Shown here piece after piece: positions 11,101 through 21,860 of a stretch of DNA of 64,000 bases. Every line of letters begins with the position of its first letter. Position 1 is the stretch's first letter. The notes beneath the pieces are model-generated. The model ran no database searches, was not told the origin of the DNA, and saw only the letters and a list, made by a program, of their open reading frames with translations. Source of the DNA: Eledone cirrhosa (taxonomy: Eukaryota); NCBI GenBank assembly GCA_964016885.1, contig OZ024743.1, positions 89,590,001-89,654,000 of the forward strand. Reading direction: 5' to 3'. The translations under genes and the position numbers were made by a program.

Positions 11101-11522
11101 GGGCATGTCCGAGATGCGCGCAGGGCGACGAAACCGTCCTGCACGCACTCGTCCAGTGTCCGAAAATTGCTGACTTGTGGGTTTATGTCGAACACCTGCT
11201 GTCGCGTTTAGGACGGATCCAGCTATCATCTGAGTCTATCGTGAGGATTGCCCCGCCCTCCTCCTTTAGCCGGGAAGGGCAGGCAGTTTTTATCTGTCTG
11301 GTGGCCATGGCGAAAGAGATAGTATGGTGGACACGTTTGAAAGGGCTGAAGACGAGCACTTACCTCTTCGGTGATGCTCTGATTGACTTTTTCAAATTTC
11401 ATTTGAAAAGGAAAATCAGAGTAGAGAAGGAAGTGCTCTCTTCCCAGCATTTTGTTGAAAGATGGGTGAGAGAAGCAAGAATGGCCCGAGTGAATGGGCC
11501 GACTCTGAGTATATATCTGTAA
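8103..11522 (+). CDS. LINE ORF2p: APE endonuclease, reverse transcriptase, C-terminal Cys/His finger, 1139 aa
   Basis: SINARGL, ISET, GDWN, SYLDR, TDH (APE); GYWKLN linker typical of Tx1; SPGLDG, FRPITLLN, DQSKAFDRV, RQGCPLS, YADD (RT); CPRC-x8-HALVQC. Confidence 0.96.
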   Translation: MTSLRIGSINARGLGSSWKQGHLLNDLRSLNIDVVAISETRISEARAFAPIFGGYDVYASPSRPGSGGGVAVLFRRGLDLAIRAIFLDPEGKLVVLDVTSGDGQAFRLVAVYAPTGAGRPDFFRRLETFLGTSRSLVLVGDWNGILDARWDCVGLADRGGGCKSLTNLLRRFELSDRYRLDFPNVPMWTWTNRIGSSRSYLDRVFCREIDRSSIGCPQFKIVSYTDHKFVTCVLDLDRLHRRGPGYWKLNASLPARKAYRDRISELVKRALTGAIVNNKWWFALKRAIRIESIRFSKALAIEKNRAEGELVRKLDEALSKGIATDVLAAKLALDQFFNAKHEGCVVRARVRALRHEGTKAVQWARVAEARRGNKATIRSLVDHDGRMLLDPGQMCEAFQRHFAQLFGGSGGPGRGMDFSVYLDGLPRLSATEAKCCEKPITAAEVREAMTGCTRGKSPGLDGLPYELYVQMPDLFGGLLADVYCNWQQNGRIPSSVSRGAVALLRKDPNKGDNIDNFRPITLLNTEFKILAKVLAKRLALVVGGLVGEAQTCAIPDRSIHDNLHLMRYIVERVAREPGTGGSLINLDQSKAFDRVDHRYLAAVLRAAGFGPVFRGWIAAMHSDICSVVRVNGHLSEPFNIMRSVRQGCPLSSLLYVLTLEPLLHKLETLRGVPRELGCGRSVSAYADDVTVVVSNAKHIEAIGTTLREYEAVTGAMINQEKSVGLQLGTWRGRSMPSNSVVGRWTDGPVKLLGVWFGPDLQTDKNWDEVTSRVASLTQKWAERKLSLKGRAEVANAYIASVICYRLTVVPCPKPRLTALERLLFRFLWKGRAPMVRRSICCQHPLRGGLGMPWLMMRRHALRLRHLHLFLDGDQVWSPFARRVFPQLVSLTELQSWVKRRPRGSAWRLECLQALTALDQSGNVIGGNSTSAFYRGLVEGKSDDVLGETLGVDENQLANLFGRTFGPGPMDNFQKSLAWQCYRGALPVRDKLYRHGGAVSRACPRCAQGDETVLHALVQCPKIADLWVYVEHLLSRLGRIQLSSESIVRIAPPSSFSREGQAVFICLVAMAKEIVWWTRLKGLKTSTYLFGDALIDFFKFHLKRKIRVEKEVLSSQHFVERWVREARMARVNGPTLSIYL

Positions 11523-11773
11523 ACTAAAGGTGGAAAACTGGGAGAGGGCACTTGCCTTGGTGGTCAGGGTCATTGTGGCTTTTTACTGGGCTTTCTCCAC
11601 AAATATCCCTCCGAAGTCTCCCCCCCTATTGGGGAATTTTTCATTGTTATTTTCATTGTTATTTTTGTTACATCCTCTGTTTTTGTTTTTTTACACGCAG
11701 AAATGCCCATTTGTACCGTCCTGCATTGTCCTGCACTGTCCTTAATGTCTACTTTATGTAAACCCTTGTGGTT

Positions 11774-11783
11774 AATAAAGAAA

Positions 11784-11830
<47 letters not shown>
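11774..11830 (+). terminator. PolyA signal and (ATT)n retrotransposon tail
   Basis: AATAAA at 11774-11779 followed by (ATT)15; same arrangement at 5743-5778 and ~18449-18478. Confidence 0.75.
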
Positions 11831-11833
<3 letters not shown>

Positions 11834-12046
11834 CTGGTGGATTGTAAGTATCGGTAGCGTATGGGACAACTTGCTAAGCGGCATGTAGTTATGGTCCTTA
11901 ACGTTTGGAGTTCAAATGCCACCGAGGTTAGCTTTGCCTTTCATCCTTACGGGGTCGATAAAATAAAGTACCAGTAATGAACTGGGGTTGTTTCTGTCAT
12001 AATTCTTGGCCTTGTGCCTAACTCAGAAACCATTATTATTGTTATT
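11834..12046 (+). mobile_element. tRNA-type SINE, family A
   Basis: B-box-like GTTCAAAT, core GCCTTTCATCCTTACGGGGTCGATAAAATAAAGTACCAG, tail GGCCTTGTGCC...(TTA)n; more than 10 copies in the window. The core resembles the MetaSINE-type domain (from memory). Confidence 0.8.
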
Positions 12047-15000
12047 TAACAACACTTGCATCAGTAAATAAGTTTACTTGCATTTTGTTCTTGTACGTCG
12101 GACAACGGAAGTTAGGAGAGGACACACGTCCGTCGTGGTTATTGGGGATCGATGGAGTTCCTCAATTAGTATTTGGTATTCACTTTTCTGTACTAGGGGG
12201 CCTTAATGCTGTATACCTAACCTGCTTAGTATGTACACTCTTCTGTACTAGGGGCCTTAATGCTATATACCTAACCTGCTTAGTATGTACACTCTTCTGT
12301 ACTAGGGGGCCTTAATGCTGTATACCTAACCTGCTTAGTATGTACACTCTTCTGTACTAGGGGGCTTAATGCTATATACCTAACCTGCTTAGTATGTACA
12401 CTCTTCTGTACTAGGGGCCTTAATGCTATATACCTAACCTGCTTAGTATGTACACTCTTCTGTACTAGGGGCCTTAATGCTGTATACCTAACCTGCTTAG
12501 TATGTACACTCTTCTGTACTAGGGGCCTTAATGCTGTATACCTAACCTGCTTAGTATGTACACTCTTCTGTACTAGGGGCCTTAATGCTGTATACCTAAC
12601 CTGCTTAGTATGTACACTCTTCTGTACTAGGGGCCTTAATGCTATATACCTAACCTGCTTAGTATGTACACTCTTCTGTACTAGGGGCCTTAATGCTGTA
12701 TACCTAACCTGCTTAGTATGTACACTCTCCTGTACTAGGGGCCTTAATGCTATATACCTAACCTGCTTAGTATGTACACTCTTCTGTACTAGGGGCCTTA
12801 ATGCTGTATACCTAACCTGCTTAGTATGTACACTCTCCTGTACTAGGGGGCCTTAATGCTGTATACCTAACATGCTTAGTATGTACACTCTTCTGTACTA
12901 GGGGCCTTAATGCTGTATACCTAACCTGCTTAGTATGTACACTCTTCTGTACTAGGGGCCTTAATGCTGTATACCTAACCTGCTTAGTATGTACACTCTT
13001 CTGTACTAGGGGCCTTAATGCTGTATACCTAACCTGCTTAGTATGTACACTCTCCTGTACTAGGGGGCCTTAATGCTGTATACCTAACATGCTTAGTATG
13101 TACACTCTTCTGTACTAGGGGCCTTAATGCTGTATACCTAACCTGCTTAGTATGTACACTCTTCTGTACTAGGGGCCTTAATGCTGTATACCTAACCTGC
13201 TTAGTATGTACACTCTTCTGTACTAGGGGCCTTAATGCGGTATACCTAACCTGCTTAGTATGTACACTCTCCTGTACTAGGGGGCCTTAATGCTGTATAC
13301 CTAACATGCTTAGTATGTACACTCTTCTGTACTAGGGGCCTTAATGCTGTATACCTAACCTGCTTAGTATGTACACTCTTCTGTACTAGGGGCCTTAATG
13401 CTGTATACCTAACCTGCTTAGTATGTACACTCTTCTGTACTAGGGGCCTTAATGCTGTATACCTAACCTGCTTAGTATGTACACTCTTCTGTACTAGGGG
13501 CCTTAATGCTGTATACCTAACCTGCTTAGTATGTACACTCTTCTGTACTAGGGGGCCTTAATGCTATATACCTAACCTGCTTAGTATGTACACTCTTCTG
13601 TACTAGGGGGCTTAATGCTATATACCTAACCTGCTTAGTATGTACACTCTTCTGTACTAGGGGCCTTAATGCTGTATACCTAACCTGCTTAGTATGTACA
13701 CTCTTCTGTACTAGGGGGCTTAATGCTATATACCTAACCTGCTTAGTATGTACACTCTTCTGTACTAGGGGGCTTAATGCTATATACCTAACCTGCTTAG
13801 TATGTACACTCTTCTGTACTAGGGGGCTTAATGCTATATACCTAACCTGCTTAGTATGTACACTCTTCTGTACTAGGGGGCCTTAATGCTGTATACCTAA
13901 CCTGCTTAGTATGTACACTCTTCTGTACTAGGGGGCTTAATGCTGTATACCTAACCTGCTTAGTATGTACACTCTTCTGTACTAGGGGGCCTTAATGCTG
14001 TATACCTAACCTGCTTAGTATGTACACTCTTCTGTACTAGGGGCCTTAATGCTGTATACCTAACCTGCTTAGTATGTACACTCTTCTGTACTAGGGGCCT
14101 TAATGCTGTATACCTAACCTGCTTAGTATGTACACTCTTCTGTACTAGGGGCCTTAATGCTGTATACCTAACCTGCTTAGTATGTACACTCTTCTGTACT
14201 AGGGGGCCTTAATGCTGTATACCTAACCTGCTTAGTATGTACACTCTCCTGTACTAGGGGCCTTAATGCTGTATACCTAACCTGCTTAGTATGTACACTC
14301 TTCTGTACTAGGGGGCCTTAATGCTATATACCTAACCTGCTTAGTATGTACACTCTTCTGTACTAGGGGGCCTTAATGCTGTATACCTAACATGCTTAGT
14401 ATGTACACTCTTCTGTACTAGGGGGCCTTAATGCTATATACCTAACCTGCTTAGTATGTACACTCTTCTGTACTAGGGGGCTTAATGCTATATACCTAAC
14501 CTGCTTAGTATGTACACTCTTCTGTACTAGGGGCCTTAATGCTGTATACCTAACCTGCTTAGTATGTACACTCTTCTGTACTAGGGGGCTTAATGCTGTA
14601 TACCTAACCTGCTTAGTATGTACACTCTTCTGTACTAGGGGGCTTAATGCTATATACCTAACCTGCTTAGTATGTACACTCTTCTGTACTAGGGGGCTTA
14701 ATGCTATATACCTAACCTGCTTAGTATGTACACTCTTCTGTACTAGGGGGCTTAATGCTATATACCTAACCTGCTTAGTATGTACACTCTTCTGTACTAG
14801 GGGGCTTAATGCTATATACCTAACCTGCTTAGTATGTACACTCTTCTGTACTAGGGGGCTTAATGCTATATACCTAACCTGCTTAGTATGTACACTCTTC
14901 TGTACTAGGGGGCTTAATGCTATATACCTAACCTGCTTAGTATGTACACTCTTCTGTACTAGGGGCCTTAATGCTATATACCTAACCTGCTTAGTATGTA

Positions 15001-18000
15001 CACTCTTCTGTACTAGGGGGCCTTAATGCTGTATACCTAACCTGCTTAGTATGTACACTCTTCTGTACTAGGGGCCTTAATGCTGTATACCTAACCTGCT
15101 TAGTATGTACACTCTTCTGTACTAGGGGGCTTAATGCTATATACCTAACCTGCTTAGTATGTACACTCTTCTGTACTAGGGGGCTTAATGCTATATACCT
15201 AACCTGCTTAGTATGTACACTCTTCTGTACTAGGGGGCCTTAATGCTGTATACCTAACCTGCTTAGTATGTACACTCTTCTGTACTAGGGGGCCTTAATG
15301 CTGTATACCTAACCTGCTTAGTATGTACACTCTTCTGTACTAGGGGGCATTAATGCTGTATACCTAACCTGCTTAGTATGTACACTCTTCTGTACTAGGG
15401 GCCTTAATGCTATATACCTAACCTGCTTAGTATGTACACTCTTCTGTACTAGGGGGCTTAATGCTATATACCTAACCTGCTTAGTATGTACACTCTTCTG
15501 TACTAGGGGGCTTAATGCTATATACCTAACCTGCTTAGTATGTACACTCTTTTGTACTAGGGGGCCTTAATGCTATATACCTAACCTGCTTAGTATGTAC
15601 ACTCTTCTGTACTAGGGGCCTTAATGCTATATACCTAACCTGCTTAGTATGTACACTCTTCTGTACTAGGGGCCTTAATGCTGTATACCTAACCTGCTTA
15701 GTATGTACACTCTTCTGTACTAGGGGCCTTAATGCTGTATACCTAACCTGCTTAGTATGTACACTCTTCTGTACTAGGGGGCCTTAATGCTGTATACCTA
15801 ACCTGCTTAGTATGTACACTCTTCTGTACTACGGGGCCTTAATGCTATATACCTAACCTGCTTAGTATGTACACTCTTCTGTACTAGGGGGCCTTAATGC
15901 TATATACCTAACCTGCTTAGTATGTACACTCTTCTGTACTAGGGGGCCTTAATGCTGTATACCTAACCTGCTTAGTATGTACACTCTTCTGTACTAGGGG
16001 GCTTAATGCTATATACCTAACCTGCTTAGTATGTACACTCTTCTGTACTAGGGGCCTTAATGCTATATACCTAACCTGCTTAGTATGTACACTCTTCTGT
16101 ACTAGGGGGCCTTAATGCTATATACCTAACCTGCTTAGTATGTACACTCTTCTGTACTAGGGGGCCTTAATGCTGTATACCTAACCTGCTTAGTATGTAC
16201 ACTCTTCTGTACTAGGGGGCCTTAATGCTATATACCTAACCTGCTTAGTATGTACACTCTTCTGTACTAGGGGGCCTTAATGCTATATACCTAACCTGCT
16301 TAGTATGTACACTCTTCTGTACTAGGGGGCCTTAATGCTGTATACCTAACCTGCTTAGTATGTACACTCTTCTGTACTAGGGGGCTTAATGCTATATACC
16401 TAACCTGCTTAGTATGTACACTCTTCTGTACTAGGGGCCTTAATGCTATATACCTAACCTGCTTAGTATGTACACTCTTCTGTACTAGGGGGCCTTAATG
16501 CTATATACCTAACCTGCTTAGTATGTACACTCTTCTGTACTAGGGGGCCTTAATGCTGTATACCTAACCTGCTTAGTATGTACACTCTTCTGTACTAGGG
16601 GGCCTTAATGCTATATACCTAACCTGCTTAGTATGTACACTCTTCTGTACTAGGGGGCCTTAATGCTATATACCTAACCTGCTTAGTATGTACACTCTTC
16701 TGTACTAGGGGGCCTTAATGCTGTATACCTAACCTGCTTAGTATGTACACTCTTCTGTACTAGGGGGGCTTAATGCTGTATACCTAACCTGCTTAGTATG
16801 TACACTCTTCTGTACTAGGGGGCTTAATGCTGTATACCTAACCTGCTTAGTATGTACACTCTTCTGTACTAGGGGGCTTAATGCTGTATACCTAACCTGC
16901 TTAGTATGTACACTCTTCTGTACTAGGGGGGCTTAATGCTGTATACCTAACCTGCTTAGTATGTACACTCTTCTGTACTAGGGGCCTTAATGCTATATAC
17001 CTAACCTGCTTAGTATGTACACTCTTCTGTACTAGGGGCCTTAATGCTGTATACCTAACCTGCTTAGTATGTACACTCTTCTGTACTAGGGGCCTTAATG
17101 CTGTATACCTAACCTGCTTAGTATGTACACTCTTCTGTACTAGGGGCCTTAATGCTATATACCTAACCTGCTTAGTATGTACACTCTTCTGTACTAGGGG
17201 CCTTAATGCTGTATACCTAACCTGCTTAGTATGTACACTCTTCTGTACTAGGGGCCTTAATGCTATATACCTAACCTGCTTAGTATGTACACTCTTCTGT
17301 ACTAGGGGCCTTAATGCTGTATACCTAACCTGCTTAGTATGTACACTCTTCTGTACTAGGGGCCTTAATGCTGTATACCTAACCTGCTTAGTATGTACAC
17401 TCTTCTGTACTAGGGGCCTTAATGCTATATACCTAACCTGCTTAGTATGTACACTCTTCTGTACTAGGGGGCCTTAATGCTATATACCTAACCTGCTTAG
17501 TATGTACACTCTTCTGTACTAGGGGCCTTAATGCTGTATACCTAACCTGCTTAGCATGTACACTCTTCTGTACTAGGGGGCTTAATGCTGTATACCTAAC
17601 CTGCTTAGTATGTACACTCTTCTGTACTAGGGGGCTTAATGCTGTATACCTAACCTGCTTAGTATGTACACTCTTCTGTACTAGGGGGCCTTAATGCTGT
17701 ATACCTAACCTGCTTAGTATGTACACTCTTCTGTACTAGGGGGCTTAATGCTGTATACCTAACCTGCTTAGTATGTACACTCTTCTGTACTAGGGGGCCT
17801 TAATGCTGTATACCTAACCTGCTTAGTATGTACACTCTTCTGTACTAGGGGCCTTAATGCTATATACCTAACCTGCTTAGTATGTACACTCTTCTGTACT
17901 AGGGGGCCTTAATGCTATATACCTAACCTGCTTAGTATGTACACTCTTCTGTACTAGGGGCCTTAATGCTATATACCTAACCTGCTTAGTATGTACACTC

Positions 18001-18469
18001 TTCTGTACTAGGGGCCTTAATGCTGTATACCTAACCTGCTTAGTATGTACACTCTTCTGTACTAGGGGGCTTAATGCTGTATACCTAACCTGCTTAGTAT
18101 GTACACTCTTCTGTACTAGGGGGCTTAATGCTATATACCTAACCTGCTTAGTATGTACACTCTTCTGTACTAGGGGGCTTAATGCTGTATACCTAACCTG
18201 CTTAGTATGTACACTCTTCTGTACTAGGGGCCTTAATGCTATATACCTAACCTGCTTAGTATGTACACTCTTCTGTACTAGGGGCCTTAATGCTGTATAC
18301 CTAACCTGCTTAGTATGTACACTTTTTAACCACTTGCTTATTTCTATAAAAAAACAAAACACTTTAATGTTGTAACTTGATTTTGTAATGTCTCCCTAAC
18401 CGGGTGTCCTTGTTTTGTATTGCCCCCTATATATTGACCCTTATAGCCAATAAAGCAATAACTATTATT
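12047..18469 (+). mobile_element. 5'-truncated divergent Tx1-like LINE 3' end (copy C) hosting a satellite
   Basis: 12056- translates LASVNKFTCILFL versus the copy B ORF2 end MARVNGPTLSIYL; GGAGAGGACAC resembles the 3'UTR GGAGAGGGCAC; ends TGTCCTT...ACCCTT...AATAAAG...(TTA)n; flanked by ATTATTATTGTTATT at 12032-12046 and 18470-18484. Confidence 0.65.
12181..18323. repeat. 54/55-bp tandem satellite, ~113 copies
   Basis: Unit CTCTTCTGTACTAGGGG(G)(C)CTTAATGCT(G/A)TATACCTAACCTGCTTAGTATGTACA, highly homogeneous, no spacers. Confidence 0.98.
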
Positions 18470-18489
18470 ATTATTATTGTTATTGGTGA

Positions 18490-18855
18490 GGCCGGTGGAT
18501 TGGCAGTATCGGTAGAGCGTCAGACACCATGCTTTGCAGCATAGAGTTATGGCTCTTTGCGTTCTGAGTTCAAATCCCGCCGATGTTAACTCTGCCTTAC
18601 GGAGTCGATAAAATAAAGTACCAGTAATACACTAGGGTAATTGCTGGCCTTGTGCCAAAAGTAAAAACAATTATTATTATTGTTATTGTTGGAAAGGCGG
18701 TGGATATGCAGAATTGTTAGGGTACAGGACAAAATAATTTCCTGCATTTCATCTGGTTCTTAATGTTCTTTTGAGTTCAAATCCCGCAGCGGACAACTTT
18801 GCCTTTCATCCTTCCAGCGGTCGATAAAATAAAGTACCAGTAATGCACTGGGGTA
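18490..18855 (+). mobile_element. Two tandem family A SINEs separated by (TTA)n
   Basis: GAGTTCAAATCCCGC and GTCGATAAAATAAAGTACCAGTAAT each occur twice (~18490-18670, ~18695-18855). Confidence 0.8.
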
Positions 18856-19139
18856 GTGTATCAACACTGAAACTGTGTGTCAAGAAAGGGTATAAAAGTA
18901 GTTCACGCCAGTGTTCATAGATTAAGAAAGAATATTTTTCATTTCAGTCGCTGACTATGTTACCAGTGTTACTTAGGCATACAACCCTGAGTTCAGATTA
19001 GGTGAGTGTGTAACAGCTCACACCTATGTGTGTGTGTGTGTGACAGCTCACACCTATGTAGGTTTAGCTGGCCTCCTCCAGGGTATATCTCATTGGAGGT
19101 GTCTTGGGTGATTTAATGATAGGGACCCCAGTCCTATCA

Positions 19140-19636
19140 TCTCATTTCTACAGCTGAGTAAACTGGAGCAATGTGAAATAAAGTGTCTTGCTCAAGGAAA
19201 CAACACATCACCCGGTCTGAGAATTGAACTTACAACCTTTCGATTGCAAGCCCAATGCTCTAACCACTAAGCCATGCGCCTTCAGATTATGCTATGATTT
19301 GTATCTAGCAGTGGCTCCCCGTCGGTTACAACGACGAGCATTCCTGTTGATAGGATCTACAGAACATCCAGCTCGTGAAATTAACGTGCAAGTGACTAAG
19401 CATTCCACAAACACGTGTACTTTTAACGTAGTTCTCAGGGAGATTCGGCGTGACATAGAATATGACAAGGCTGGCTCTTCAAATTACAGGTACAACTCAT
19501 TTTTACTAACTGAGTGGAGTGAAGTAACGTGAAATAAAGTCTCTCGCTCAAGGACACAACGCGCCACCGGGACTCGAACTCACGACTTTACGATAATGAG
19601 CCGAATAACTTAACCACAAAGCCACACGTCTTCACT
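19140..19636 (-). mobile_element. Two tRNA-type SINEs, family B (CORE-like box)
   Basis: Minus strand: A-box-like TGGCTTAGTGG, B-box-like GTTCAATTC/GTTCGAGTCC, then CCTTGAGCAAGACACTTTATTTCAC; further copies at 41833-42102, 57487-57603 and 63335-63390. Confidence 0.8.
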
Positions 19637-20097
19637 ATTGTGTCTAGTGACGTCATAACAACTGATAATCTATCAGCTGTTTGATAATAGTTATGTTCAG
19701 TGATTGTTACATTATCTTTAACTGTAAACCTCAATACGTAAACGATCCTGTTACAAACAATTGCTATCAATAAAAATAGTTGAGGTTGAGGTTGAAAGTT
19801 TGTTTTAATAAGGATCTATTTAGTGAAGTTGCGCTATAAAACAACCAATGCTTCAATGATGTTCAAGATATACCTCGTCTAGCGAAGAACACTAGAGTTG
19901 TCTTTGGCTATAAAATAACTAATTGTTACCAGCTATAAATCTCATCAAAATATATTCTCCTTGATGTTAGAAGTTAAAATACTTGAGTCTATGAAGGTGT
20001 TACATAAAACTAATATAAATGTATGGAACAGTATGAACATGACAGGGGATGGATGAATGATGAAAGCTGTATTTTCACACTAGTTAAGTCCACTTAG

Positions 20098-20533
20098 TTA
20101 AATCCCTTTCACTATCAAACTGTCCGGACCCACCTTTTATTCTACAATACGAACCTGTTACCTTTAAAGTCTTTATATTTATCAAATACCTTCCGTCATA
20201 AATTATTTATAGAAATATTTAAAATATACTGAAATTGAAGCGAAAACTAAACAGTGAGTGGGTTTTACTGTTTTTGGTAATATCAGAAAAAGATAACCCT
20301 CCCCAAATATAACAATATCTGTTTCAACACAATTTCATATCAAAAACCTTGCAAAACAAATACATCGCCACCTTCCGTCATAATCTTATGTAAAAACCAT
20401 TGTTATTTTAAACACCAGTTTAAAAATAAAAACGTTAGATTATTAAATTCCTCCAAATTCTTCATTATTTTCAATATTATTTGAAAATCACAGACAGTGT
20501 CTTCCATAAGAAATATGGTAATGGAAGGGTTAA
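20098..20533. mobile_element. piggyBac-like MITE with a nested ~168-bp insertion
   Basis: Ends TTAAATCCCTTTC...GGAAGGGTTAA; related decayed copy at ~56114-56414; ACCTTCCGTCATAA duplicated at 20188-20201 and 20370-20383. Confidence 0.5.
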
Positions 20534-21222
20534 GATCTTAATGTTTCAGATTCTATTCCATGTAGGTCCTCTCTTTTTTTAACCCAGACCTACAACCATA
20601 TACACAGGGTCTCCAAGAGAAATTTTGCAAGGGGGTACAAGACTCCTTTGAAGCCCGAAGCAAGTAAAGCTTTTTCTCAAAATAGATGCTGTATGGTTGC
20701 TGTTGAGCCTTGTTAGCTCTTGGGTCTCATGACAAAGTACCGACTGGACGCTCCTCTCATACGCCCTGCATATACACGAACCCATTGATATTACTTCAAA
20801 GTAACACGTAGAAAAATGGAAAGCCGGTTGATATAAAAAAAACAACTCATAAACACAGCCGATTTCTTCCAGAGAAGAGAGAGAGGGGGAAGTCAGTAAG
20901 AGTGAGAGAGAGAGAAAGACGTATATGATACCGCAACACATTCTACTCGACATTCTAACGACTCAACATCAAGTATACTCAACAGGTGTACACAACAGTG
21001 AAGTAGGTAACAGATCCATCAACACTAAACAGTGCCAAACGATGTCAAATAAGAATGATTACCCAGCATCCTTTGCCAGACTGGCTTTTTAATATAATCT
21101 CAAAGAAAGTTCACGCCTCCGACGTCAACACTTTCTTTTTAAAACTGACACACATTACTGTTAAAACAACTGCTACATTACATCAAGCGATCTGTAAAAC
21201 AGGATTAAATATATAGCTGGCA

Positions 21223-21484
21223 TAGGAGCGTGCAACAGGCGGCCAGTCCGAGTGGCTTTGTAGGCTTATTTAGATTTTTTTTCGTAATCATAATACAATT
21301 TTCTGTTAGTTGACCTATACTAAAGGGCTTCACTGATAGGGTTTATGCGTGTTATAATTTCCCAGTCCCATATTATGGAAAGAAGTTGTGATGCATTTCT
21401 GGAATAGTGCTTAATAGATATTAATGGCCCTAATGTTCCAATGTTCAAAAGTGGCCCGCCAATGGAATATGTTGCACACCCCTG
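21223..21484. mobile_element. hAT-like MITE
   Basis: Imperfect TIRs TAGGAGCGTGCAAC / GTTGCACACCCCTG; no clear TSD. Confidence 0.4.
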
Positions 21485-21559
21485 GTATAGTCCTTTGCTG
21501 TATGTGAGTCGGCTCATACTCAGCAACAACGTTTTCAAATTAACCGATAATCTATTAAC

Positions 21560-21860
21560 AATGAAGATATATGTTTACGGATTTGAGTAGTGTTCGAAAT
21601 AGGTTCTGATAACTGTGGTGGGGTTTATATCGGTATGACCATCAGTAAACTCACACCTGCTTTAAAGAATACATTTATACAAATGCTTTCCCCCATAAAA
21701 ATCATCTGGAGAGATGTCATAGCAAAGATATCATAGTTTCTATCAAAGCCACCGAGTAAAACATCGGAAATTTAATTATGAAAGAAGCTATCTTGGTTTA
21801 TAAAATATATCTGTCCATTAACAATAGATATGAAGTGAAACATGGTGATTCGCTGATTTA
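21560..21860 (+). pseudogene. Decayed Penelope-like GIY-YIG endonuclease remnant
   Basis: Fragments translate YVYGFE...DNCGGVYIGMT...FKE...LIMKEAILVYKIYLSINNR with frameshifts and stops. Confidence 0.55.

Larger units (their letters stand above)
5779..11830 (+). mobile_element. Tx1/L1-clade LINE, copy B, apparently full length and intact
   Basis: Begins directly after the copy A (ATT)n tail; ~210-bp 5'UTR, ORF1, 35-nt spacer, ORF2, 3'UTR, AATAAA at 11774, (ATT)15 tail. Confidence 0.93.

Noticed and set aside
12181-18323. CRISPR-like or telomeric array (contains CCTAACCT and TAGGGG)
   Set aside because: No unique spacers, no cas genes, eukaryotic context; the telomere-like motif is a single short match per 54-bp unit
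19220-19283. tRNA gene
   Set aside because: A/B-box-like head continues into a SINE body found in several diverged copies; no intact cloverleaf
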